A stretch of DNA of 64,000 nt, from positions 1-64,000 of the forward strand of contig NIVC01000803.1 in assembly GCA_002269645.1 (NCBI GenBank). Reading direction: 5' to 3'. The position numbers and the translations under genes are program-made. Source of the DNA: Macrostomum lignano (Eukaryota). Positions 41,310 to 52,003 of this stretch are shown here, one piece after another. Below the pieces are notes generated by a model. The model was given only the letters and a program-made list of their open reading frames with translations, made no database searches and was not told the DNA's origin. Each line of letters starts with the position of its first letter. The first letter of the stretch is position 1.

Positions 41310-41871
41310 ATGCTTATTAACGGTAGATAAGTATTGAACTCAAATATTTGCGTTTGTCGAGCTTTTATCTTGCGTCTTGTGAGAGTTTTTTGCTTTCCCG
41401 AGTTAATTCATGCTAAACTGCTCTGCTCTCAGTGCTATATATGGATAGAGATGAGGGATTAACGCGTTGGTTCTAAACTTTTATTTGCTGCATTTTCATC
41501 TCCACAAGCTTCCTCGAGAGGTTTGGCTTGGTAAAACATTTCCGCATTTCCATTTCAGAGCTGCAGATCTCGCTCTCGTTGTCAAGGTAAATAATTATCT
41601 GCATGCTGGTTGTTCTAGACTAGGGGGGGGGGCACTCAGCTCGTCACGGCTTGTTTCACCATCAATTAATGACATTTCTATTGGCAAATAATGAGTCCTT
41701 AGTTTTCGCAGTATTTTTTAGTCTGCTGAGTACATCTATCTCCATGAACATTAAAGGACGATTCTCTATGGAATAGCCTTTTTTTCGCAGTTGCAAACCA
41801 GTTTTGCCCAATTGTCCAAATATATGGAGAATATGATTACATTGGATCAAATTCTGTTAATTCCCGATAGT

Positions 41872-42202
41872 CAGTGGGCCGTAGCCTGGCCGTGTCAGCG
41901 GTCCAGGTTCGATTCCAAGTGCAGTCACATTAATTTGGGCTAAATTGAATCGCGGCTTGGCTTGCTCGTGCAATTAACGGCCTTGAGGGCCGACCCCAAG
42001 GCACAGTGAAGTGTACATGCCTAACGATAAATAAAGTTAGGGCCGCTGTACACTCCTGTGTGAGTGTGTGCCTGTGCGTATGACTGTGTACGTATCCGCG
42101 CTTGTGTGCCTGCTCAGGGGAGTCGGCGGAATGGGCAGCAATGCCTCTCGCCGGTTGTGTGACAATGTCACTTAGGTGCACACAGCGCCTGCCTCTAATA
42201 AA
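41872..42202 (+). mobile_element. tRNA-derived SINE family A, near full length
   Basis: B box GGTTCGATTCC; shared body; 3' hairpins and CCTGCCTCTAATAAAA; imperfect ~13-bp TSD (AATTCCCGATAGT / ATTTCCCAATAGT). Confidence 0.78.
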
Positions 42203-42299
42203 AATTTCCCAATAGTGGATAGTGGATTGAACTGAGTCTTCCCTATGGGGACAGGCGGGGCTGGTGTATGTTCATGTTATGTTAGTATAAATGACACGA

Positions 42300-43700
42300 G
42301 ATGATGAATTATGAACGGCGACAGAAAAGAGTTCGGCTTAACGATGAAGATCTGCTCAGGATGGCGCAGAGCTCATTCTCTCGTCATATATGATCCAGTG
42401 TCTTAGCAATATTTGCACTGGCATCGGGTTCTGCTCTCAAGACACTAAATGCATGACAGTGTCACAAGAATCCTGCTCAGATAAACGGTTCAAACCAATA
42501 CAGGTTTATTGTCGACACAACGCCGTCGGTAGGCTAGTTTTCTTTACGAGGCAAACTTACCTCTACAGAACAGTCCAGACCAATTTCAAGAAGTTCTTTT
42601 ATGATAACTGTTGATATTTCTTAATGAACAACTTTCCTCATGAAAAGACAAGTGAGTGACTTGAGTTACGTATGAATAGAAGATGCGTTAAAGGTGATCG
42701 AAAAAAGCCCTAGTGGACGTAATGTTGAGTAGTAGATGAAAGGATGAAAACAGCTATATTACTTAAAAGTATCTACTGAAAAGACGTGTTCCCAAGCCAA
42801 AACATGTACACTCAAAGTGGCCTATTTTTTAAAGCTTCCTACTCATTTGGTGAGTAGTATGGATTTAAAATTCAGAGCAAGTGCCGCTCATATGAACCCA
42901 GTCATCATGCAGTGCGTCTTCGCTTTTCTATAGCTTTTTTCAAATCTGATTAATTATTTTCTTGCAATCGCCACGTCGGCCGAATAGGTAAAAATATAAA
43001 GATAGCTATACACTGTAATTGATCGTACTACTGTGCTTTCATTTTATAAATAATCTAAAAGGTATTGCTCTATTGCCCACAGTGCCACCTGTTGAAGGTA
43101 CCGACGGCGTCGGGGTGATGACGGAATTCTGGAGAGACTAGCTGAGGATGTCCAGCAGTTGAGGCTTGCCTACTGCCGAGGCTTGATCAGCGAACTCAGA
43201 GAAATTTGCACAGGGTGTCCATAGTCACCGGGTGCCACCCTGGAAGGAAGGAACTTCTGGAAGGTCCAGAAGTTCCGCCTGAGTAAAGACCAGTGACCAA
43301 AGAAGTCAGAGCTGATGCAGAGACGTGCTGATGAAATTTTTGGAGGCTTGGCAAGGCTGTGCTGAGGCGCAGTGCTGGTTGGCGCACAGGGCTGTATTGA
43401 ATACACTGGCGCTTACGGGAAAAATCCGACGCTCTGGCAGAATTGTTGAATATCTCGATGGTCCGGAGGGTTGGTGACTTGATTATCGTTTGCGAAGGTG
43501 CGCAAGAAAAAGTTAGCCGATGGTCTTGACTTTTGACGCAGCAAAAACTCTTACGGCTCTTACGGCTTGTACATCTATTTCCACTGGATTCTGTTGCTAA
43601 GGTCCAAGCATAACGCTCGTATTTTTTAATCCATTTAGCTCGTACCATATGCCAATTATTCAATGTGCTGGTCAACAGTCAGCCTCATCCATAGCAGACT
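42300..43700. mobile_element. Possible decayed PIF/Harbinger-type transposon remnants
   Basis: Plus-strand YRTVQTNFKKFFYDNC resembles DDE_Tnp_4 transposases. Minus-strand WHMVRAKWIKKYERY...SG resembles a MADF/Myb-like partner ORF. Both are heavily degraded. Confidence 0.28.
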
Positions 43701-43922
43701 GCGCCAAAGCAAACCTACTGGTCAAACATGCAGCAGTTTTCAAACACACGCCCACAGACTACAGGGCCAGATCACATGTTACAAACATCAGAGCCACCAA
43801 GCTGAACAAGTGGGCAGAAGCTGAACTACTGTTGGATGATTTTCTACGGCAAACTTAATGAATAATGTGACAAATAGGAAATTTAAATATTTGACCAGCG
43901 AGCACTGTGAATATAATTATAG

Positions 43923-44753
43923 CAGGGGTTGGCAAACCTTTTAACCTCAAGGGCCAGATAGAGAACCTAGAGACTGACTGTGGGCCCGGAGGAGGGGAGA
44001 GAGGAAGAGAGAAGGGAGGTAAGAGAAAGGAGAGGTGAGATAATAAAGGAGAAGAGAGGAGTGGAGAAGGAGGAGAGAGAAAAGAGAGGAGAGGAGGAGA
44101 GAAAATGAGTGAAAAGAGAGGAGAGAGAGGAGAGAGAAGAGAGGAGAGAGAAGAGGAGGAGAGAGAAGAGGAGAGGAGGAGAGGAGATGAGGAAGGGAGG
44201 AGAGGAGATGAGGAGAGGAGGAGAGGAGATGAGAAGAGAGGAGAGGAGAGAAGATGAGAGGAGAGAGGAGAGGGAAGACGAGACGAGAGGAGAGGAGAGA
44301 GGAGAGAAGATATGATAGAGAAGAGAAGAGAGGTGGGGAGAGATGAGAGGAGAGAGAAGAGAACATAGGAGAGAGGAAGAGAGTAGAGAGGAGATTAGAG
44401 AGAAGAGTGCTGAGAAGCGATATAAACATTGGGTGGGCCGGATTGCTTGTGGGCCGGATTGCTTGTGGGCCGGATTGCTTGTGGGCCGGATTGCTTGTGA
44501 CGGATTTCTTGATTGCTTGTGAGCCGGATTGCTTGTGACGGATTGCTTGATTGCTTGTGGGCCGGATTGCTTGTGGGCCGGATTGCTTGTGACGGATTTC
44601 TTGATTGCTTGTGAGCCGGATTGCTTGTGACGGATTGCTTGATTGCTTGTGGGCCGGATGCAGCACATTGTGAAGTTTCAAAAGACCCCGAGGGTCGGAT
44701 AGAGATGCTCTGCGGGCCGCATGTTGCCCGCGGGCTAGAGTTTGCCGACCCTG
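43923..44753. mobile_element. hAT (Charlie-like) non-autonomous element filled with GA-rich and 16-bp repeats
   Basis: TIRs CAGGGGTTGGCAAAC and GTTTGCCGACCCTG, with subterminal GCGGGCCGCATGTTGCCCGCGGGC. No matching 8-bp TSD was found. Confidence 0.62.
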
Positions 44754-44836
44754 CATGAATTAGAGACTGGGAGAGTAATGGCTGGCGTACGTGTCATCTA
44801 TAAGCAGAACACCAGAATGAAAGTCTTTAACTTACC

Positions 44837-45930
44837 ATGTCTTCACTGGCGGAACTCCGGATTCTTCTGAGCCACACAGTCTTGCTGGTATCAGCCAGCA
44901 CTGAATGGGCTGCCGACGCTGAAGTGGCCGCCTGTCGCGCTCTGTCGGAGTCCATCGGTGCGCAGTCGCGTCAAGCTGTCACCGAAGCACTGTGGCTACG
45001 ATACAAATATTGAATTGTTGTCTTGATGCTCCATGTGAAGACTATATATATGTACGGCCAGGACGAGAAGGAGCTGGAGGAGTTCACTGGCTGGATTCAG
45101 ATGACCTGGACTGACCCCCCGGCTAGCCTGGAGCTCAACGGAAAGTCCACTGAAGCAGCTACGGGTGGAGAGGAACAGCTTGTGGTTGCCGGATGTTGGA
45201 TTCTGGAATACGCGGGAAAGCTGAGAGCTTTATGACGCACGAAATGCAAAGTTGTAGGACGCCACAATGTTCCCCACTGGTAAGGTTAAGATCTATATCT
45301 TCTTTGTAGTCCGATTTGCCTGCATCATACAAGTCGCCAAGTTTCCATTCGACGCGCAAGTCTGCTCAAGTTTCCAAGTCTGCTCCATTCAAATCGGCAC
45401 GATATCTTCGGACTTGACGGTGTTCAATATTACAGTGCAAAATATATTTAAAGAGAATATTGATTCGGTACAGTCTTTGTCAACTATCAGTGAATGGGAC
45501 TTGAAAAATATTTCTCAAACGGACATGATCGACTCTATTGGTGGACAGCAATTCAAAAGTGTGAGGCTTCTCCTTCACCTGGAGCGAAGGTTCATGTATT
45601 ATTGGTGATTGTCTCGTTCCAGCTGCTGTCGCTGCTCGCAAGCATCATGTTCCTGGCTGGTGACAAGAGCGACTCGGTGAACCTGTCCATCGCCATCATC
45701 ATGTCCATGACTCTGTACGTGCTGATCGCGTCCCAGTCGGCTCCGAAGTCCATCCTCATCGCGTTCACCTTCATCGCAGCCGCTCAGAACAAAACAGATA
45801 GATCAGCTGCTCACAAACCGGAGGCTGAGCATAGAAAGCGAGGCTGGAAGACAGTTCTATTGCAACACAGAAACGTGGCTGCTACATTGCAGCAAGTGTC
45901 TGCAATGCATGCGCATTTTTGTTTATATCA
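44837..45930 (+). pseudogene. Cys-loop ligand-gated ion channel, array copy 3 (pseudogene)
   Basis: MSSLAEL...ACRALSESIG start. Multiple frameshifts and stops, an 18-nt duplication in the Cys-loop, a 7-nt deletion in M1 and a 48-nt deletion in the M2-M3 region. Confidence 0.85.
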
Positions 45931-46827
45931 CCAAGTAGCTATTAAGGACAATTTTAACTCCAAAACTTTCTGCAATTAGTGGTGAATGTTTCAATGAGAA
46001 ATCATGGTGACAGAATTTTGCAAAACAAATGCTTCAACTCAGTCAACTCAATCTTTGAAGTTCGGAAATAATTTTTCGAATGCACGACTCCAATGGCTTA
46101 TTTATACTTTAGCTAATATGCTCGTAGTTAGCGCGCATCTCATTTGTACTGTTTCTTAACTTAGTACAAAGTCGAATAAAGCATTAACTAACTAATATTG
46201 CAATAATACACGTTTTAGTGATACGACCCCGATTAGTAAAATAAATCTAAAACTAATTCATGCAAGGACCCGTCAGAACCTGCTGCATGTTTTCTTATGT
46301 AACAGATAAAGTTTCTTTATTTGTTCGCGTAAAATGGTAGAGAGCTGCTTGTTTGAATATTTGCAGCAGTTTTTTAGATCAAAATAGATCAAGATCAAAA
46401 CACTATACTGTAATTGCAAACTTTGATTGGTTGATCGGACAGGTGGGCCATATTGAAACAATTGAAACAATATAACATGCAAAGAACCAGCTATTACAGC
46501 ACAGCAATGACAATCAACGTAGGTAGGATTTAGTGCACGCGGTGCATACTCTCGTAGTGTTGTATTTTTGGGTAAATGAACGAACCGAGAATTCAATTGT
46601 CGGTGCAATCAAGCTTAAAATTGTAGTGGTATAGTAGTACTCGTAGTAGTTGACGGCACAGTAGCAATACTTGCTAAATGGACTACTGTTGCTGAGAGTT
46701 CCTCAATAGTACTATTTCAAGTCAAACAGTTCGTTAAAAAAGTTAATATCGATATCCGATCTCACTTTTGTCAGAAATTGACAAACTTTTTGCTCTATTT
46801 AAGAAAAAATCGTGGCTAAGAGTGCAG

Positions 46828-47995
46828 CTACTTATCGGCGCTCAGGTGGGCGGGCCAGACATAGATGAAAACGAGCGCGTTCACCCCGCTGAGCAGCAGG
46901 TAGGCGCAGCTGCTCACAACAGCCCGGTGCGAAACAAGAAGGTCCAGCAGCTTTTCGTCACCTTTGCACTTTCACGGCTCGCAACCTGCTGTCTGCCAGG
47001 GAAAGCAGCGATGAAGGTGAACGCGATGAGGATGAGCATCTGAGCCATGAGGAACAGACCGACTAGCGGGATCGTGTTCATGGACTTCGGAGCCGACTGG
47101 GACGCGATCAGCACGTACAGAGTCATGGACATGATGATGGCGATGGACAGGTTCACCGGGTCGCTCTTGTCACCAGCCAGGAACATGATGCTTGCGAGCA
47201 GCGACAGCAGCTCGAACGGGACAATCACCAGCACAGCGTAGTACATCCACCTGCGCTTCAGGTGGAACTGGATGTTGACTACCGGGTAGATAGCGCCATT
47301 TGCAGTAAAAAAGTATGAGTTATGATCAACAGACTGCAGGATCCATTCGCCAACTTGGTACAGCTCGAGTCCACTGTCTTCCGAGTAGTTGTAGCTCACC
47401 CTTGCCGAAAAGTTGAGTGCAGCTACGTCAGATGTAACTGTGGCCAGTTGGGTTGCGCAAACCTGGCTGTCAAACGGGAAGGATCTCACATCAAGGGCGC
47501 ATGCGAATTGGACACGCAAAATGCGTAAATAAACGCTTCTCCTGATGCACTAAGAACTACGTCAGAGAATTTCGCGTTTCTAATGTCGAACATCTCGCCC
47601 TTGGAATTCAGAAAGCCGATGTCAGGAAGCCACAGACTGTTCCTGTCGATGCGCATGTACCGTGGACTGCCTCTAGCTGATGAGTTCCAGGCCAGCCGAG
47701 GGTCGGTCCATGTCAGCTCAATCCAGGCAGAGAACTCCAGCAGCTCCTTGTCGTCCAGACCGTAGATGGTCTTCAGTAGTATTTTAACAGCGACGCTGTT
47801 TTCGTGGCCGAAATGGCTCGGCGACAGCATGACGTGGCACTGCGGCAGCGACTGCGGTCCGATGGACTCGGCCAGTGAGCGGCACGCGGCTACGTTGACG
47901 TTCGAGGCCGGATCGATGGTGGCCGACGGCGGGGGGACGACAATCAGAAAACAGTGCAACAGAATGAATCTGGCTGGCTGAATCAGGTGCTGCAT
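46828..47995 (-). CDS. Cys-loop ligand-gated ion channel subunit, array copy 4 (two 1-nt frameshifts: assembly errors or young pseudogene)
   Basis: ORF halves 47995-47520 and 47519-46914 join if one G is restored (AFCVVQFAC). Restoring one A in ACGAAAAGCTG recovers M4 KLLDLLVSHRAVVSSCAYLLLSGVNALVFIYVW...*. Confidence 0.8.
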
Positions 47996-48571
47996 TCTAC
48001 AGTAAGTATCTTCAGAACGTCTGACAATTGGATTTCTCTAAATGGATCGAATGCAAAGCTGCTGGGAAGTGGGAAGCTTCGGTAGCTTTAAACGGTGACA
48101 AATATAGTTAAGAGTTTGCCGCCCAGCAGATTCGCACCAATCAGGAAACTTTGCCCTCCTCATCTTCTATTCAGTGCTTCGCTTTTATCAAGCGTTCTTA
48201 ATATGCTACTTAACTTAAACCATAAAAGTAGCTTCATCACTCTTCACCACTTGCATTGCTACTAATAGTAGTAGGAACTATTGTTTCAAAACTGTTCAAC
48301 AGCGTATTGTACAAAAAAATTAAAGCCTTCCATATTGCGAAAATCCCATATAAAGTGAGTTATAAGCTATACAACTGGAAGATTTGAGATTGGCTCTAAC
48401 CTCCTTTGCTAGATAGAAAGAAAAAGGATGCTGGATAGTTTTGCGTCAACTGGCTTCGCAGCGAATCAGAGCTAACGAATTTATACGAATAAAAATCAGG
48501 TCTCAAGGCAAGGAAACTCCAAGGTTATAAATTTTTTTAAAGTCGTGGATATTCAGTAACAAATCGTAGCC

Positions 48572-49732
48572 ATGCTCACCTGTCTTAGGTCTGTAATCTT
48601 TCGACTGTTGCTGGTAATGGGGAGCAGCGCTTTTTTACGCTTGATCGCCATCAGTCCAGCCTCCAACGCAGACAAGGCAGCATGCCGGGCTCTGGCGGAG
48701 TCCATCGGGCCGCAGTCGCTGCCGCAGTGCCACGTCATACTGTCTCCCAAAAACTTTGGCTACAATACGAACGTCGAGATAGTCATATCGATCAAGACCA
48801 TTTACGGACTGGGAGAGAACGAGCTGCTGGAGTGGTCCGGTTGGACCTTCATCAGCTGGACTGACCCAAGACTGGCTTGGAACGCATCCGAAAGCCAATT
48901 GGATCAACTGCGAGTGGAGCGGAACAGCCTGTGGCTGCCAGACATTGGCTTCTGGAACAGCAAGGAGGAGAGCTTGTACGACATTCGAAATTCTGGCCTC
49001 TTGGAAGTGACGGTGTTTCCCTCCGGCCTCGTGTACGCCTACGTGTACCTGGTGATTCGGTCTGCATGCGCAGTTGACATCAGACTATTTCCATTTGATC
49101 AGCAGCTTTGCACTATAGAGTTGGGAACCATCACTTCTGACTCGAGTGTCTTCAATTACACACTCTTAAGCACCTTATCGATCAACAAGATAGACGGAGT
49201 GTCCTACCAAGTTGGGGAGTGGAATTTGAACGAGCTATCGCAGCACAATCGCACTAATGTTATCAATGGTCAATCGTTTCCTTGCACCGAGATCAAGTTC
49301 CACCTGAAGCGCAGGTGGATGTACTACGCTGTGCTGGTGATTGTCCCGTTCGAGCTGCTGTCGCTGCTCGCAAGCATCATGTTCCTGGCTGGTGACAAGA
49401 GCGACCCGGTGAACCTGTCCATCGCCATCATCATGTCCATGACTCTGTACGTGCTGATCGCGTCCCAGTCGGCTCCGAAGTCCATGAACACGATCCCGCT
49501 AGTCGGTCTGTTCCTCATGGCTCAGATGCTCATCCTCATCGCGTTCACCTTCCTGACCGTTGTTTCTCCAAGGCAATCAAGGCGAAGTGAACGAAGCGCT
49601 AAGATCTTTTTCGACTGCGTTGAGTTCTGTATTAAACATAAAGATATTATTTGTTTTATCAGCTACCTTGTTGTCAGTGGACTTAACGCAGCAGTGTTTC
49701 TGTTTCTTCTACCATATCAAGACAGAAAATAA
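48572..49732 (+). CDS. Cys-loop ligand-gated ion channel subunit, array copy 5 (intact, intronless)
   Basis: 386-aa ORF with signal peptide, WLPDIGFWN, CAVDIRLFPFDQQLC and four TM segments. Confidence 0.92.
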   Translation: MLTCLRSVIFRLLLVMGSSAFLRLIAISPASNADKAACRALAESIGPQSLPQCHVILSPKNFGYNTNVEIVISIKTIYGLGENELLEWSGWTFISWTDPRLAWNASESQLDQLRVERNSLWLPDIGFWNSKEESLYDIRNSGLLEVTVFPSGLVYAYVYLVIRSACAVDIRLFPFDQQLCTIELGTITSDSSVFNYTLLSTLSINKIDGVSYQVGEWNLNELSQHNRTNVINGQSFPCTEIKFHLKRRWMYYAVLVIVPFELLSLLASIMFLAGDKSDPVNLSIAIIMSMTLYVLIASQSAPKSMNTIPLVGLFLMAQMLILIAFTFLTVVSPRQSRRSERSAKIFFDCVEFCIKHKDIICFISYLVVSGLNAAVFLFLLPYQDRK

Positions 49733-49999
49733 GATAACGAGAATGATTAATATCAACAGTAGCGCAACCAGAAATTTTTCAAATTCTGAGGGTAAAGTGG
49801 CGGCGGAGGGGTGGCTCTGTTTTTGGCGAAAATTCGCTTGGTCCCCCTTTGGTTTAAAGGGGGGGGCGACGCCACTGAATATCAAAGATTTGGTTTGGCA
49901 ACAAAATAAATTTGACCATCTCTAAATTTAAACGATAGATCTTGTGCACCTGTTAATCTAAACACGAAGAGGCCCATAGATGCCCACGTAGTTTCATAA

Positions 50000-50870
50000 T
50001 GCTTTTAGAAGAATTAGTTGGCCTTGGAATACAATAACTCACTCTTTAGTACAGTCGAAGTTGAAAGCATGTTCTTGACGCCTCTGAGGCCTGGGGGCTG
50101 TTGTTTCCTAGAACCTGGGCTCGAAGTCTAATCGAGAGGATCAATTTCAGATCTTGCAAATCATTCTCCAAGGCTGACTGCAATACCCAAAATTGAATTA
50201 TTCAGTACCGGGCCTCACTAGCAAATCACTCAGACTCCATCATCTCGAGACAGTGAGGTTGGCATTACAGCTAAAATGAATACTGAAATAATGCGAAATT
50301 TTCAAAATGGACGAGTAACGAAATCAATCAGAACACACAAAGCTACTCGAAGTAGTTTTGAACTAGAATTTACGAGGCACTGAAAGCAAAGAGTAGAGAA
50401 CTCTGAAAATTTAACTCACTACTCAGCCGAAAAGCGTCCTAGAAATTTGCAATCCAGAATTGAAGCGCACCCTGTCACAGTTAGATTAGCAAACCATAAA
50501 CTGGCCTGCGAAACAATGAGGATTGCGAGACCAAAGATCCCTTACGAGAACAGGACCTGCCCAAAGTGCCATATGGGGGTAGAATGTGAAGTTCACTTCC
50601 TGTTTAAGTGCTGTTGGAACTTTTTAGTGGCTCCCCGTGATAAACTTGAACAGTTGAAAGTCTCGGATAAAGTTTCGGATTTTAGAAACCATACGGCAGA
50701 AGAAAAAGTATTTTACCGAATGACTCAAGTAGATAGAGGCATAATGGAAATTTTTGCAAGATTATCAAAGACAAGCTAGAATGCAACTGCCCTGAGGCTT
50801 CAGATTGCCTTGATAAGAGTACTTTGTGCACTAGACTTCACTCCCCCGTTACGTCCAGAAAAATTATTGA
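50000..50870 (+). mobile_element. 3' fragment of an L2/CR1-like LINE
   Basis: RLANHKLACETMR...PYENRTCPKCHMGVECEVHFLFKC is typical of the C-terminal zinc-binding region after RT. A second copy lies at 38.5 kb. Confidence 0.7.
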
Positions 50871-51658
50871 CTGCTTTTTGCATTCATTATTTCGTTGTAT
50901 TTTGCAACTCAACGGTTTCACTACAAGTTGGACACACAAAGCAGCTCAATATTTGCCAATTGCATCCATGGATTTCTGAGAATGTTTGCTGCAGACAACG
51001 CTAGGCTAATGTTTAACAATCCACTTTCAGAATTAATCAATAAATGTATTTGTCGCTATACAGTCCAATTTATATTGTTGGCGAAGACCCCAGCTGTTCA
51101 GTGGTGAAATTCATAAAGAATTGCATCTCAAGATATTTACACTTGCACTAATCATTTGCTAGCTAAGCCGCCTTTAATGTGTTGATTAAATTGAATTGAA
51201 CTGTGTTGTCTGGCACTCTAGCAGCTTCATCAGTGAGTGCAGTTTCTATGGCGGCTGCTTAAATATTTAGTCACGCAGTTGCTAAGCCATTATTTGCTCG
51301 AGAAGCAACAAGTGTACTTCTGTTATTTGCTTTTTGTCAAGCGTTCGGTTATTACTGATAATCAAATTTAACACGAATGCAAAATAGCTATCAGCAAGTC
51401 AAAACCCGTTGCAATAAAGAATAATTTTATTTGAGAAACTACGAAAACATGATAACTTTTCAGAGTCGCTTTACTTTGAAGGAGGGTTACCATATTGAAT
51501 TCAATGTTTGTAGAACGTCAATTATATATACTCTATTCTATGCGAATAATCCCAGCACTATCAATGTGCCATCTTTCCCAAACATAAAGCCGTAAAATTA
51601 TTTGTGCATCTGCTCAAGCTGAAAGGCCAAATAATTAAAAGTTAGGGGGTTACGTATC

Positions 51659-51863
51659 AGATTAAACATGCCTTTTGAGGGAGTTATTTGTATAAATCAC
51701 GAGGGCCTGAGGCCCGAGGGATTTATGAAAATAACTCCCGAAAAAGGCATGTGTAATCTCGTATAAACCATAGACATAAAGACTTGACGGGATATTATTG
51801 AATATTACCAAATAAAATCCCGGGGAACGCAAATATTGTCACGGAAAGTCTTTATTTCTATGG
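51659..51863. repeat. Double-palindrome element (40-bp and 17-bp inverted arms)
   Basis: Arms 51659-51698 and 51720-51759 (5 mismatches) surround GGGCCTGAGGCCC. Arms 51768-51784 and 51847-51863 (1 mismatch) follow. Confidence 0.75.
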
Positions 51864-52003
51864 ATTATGAAAAATTTTTGTGTCGTGATGTCTGTGTTAT
51901 ACATCTTAAGAATCCGTCTTGCAGTGATTAAACGACTCAATGAAACTTTCTGAGATGCCAAGGCTCATGGCTACTCATGCGAAAGTAAATAACAGCAACG
52001 CTC

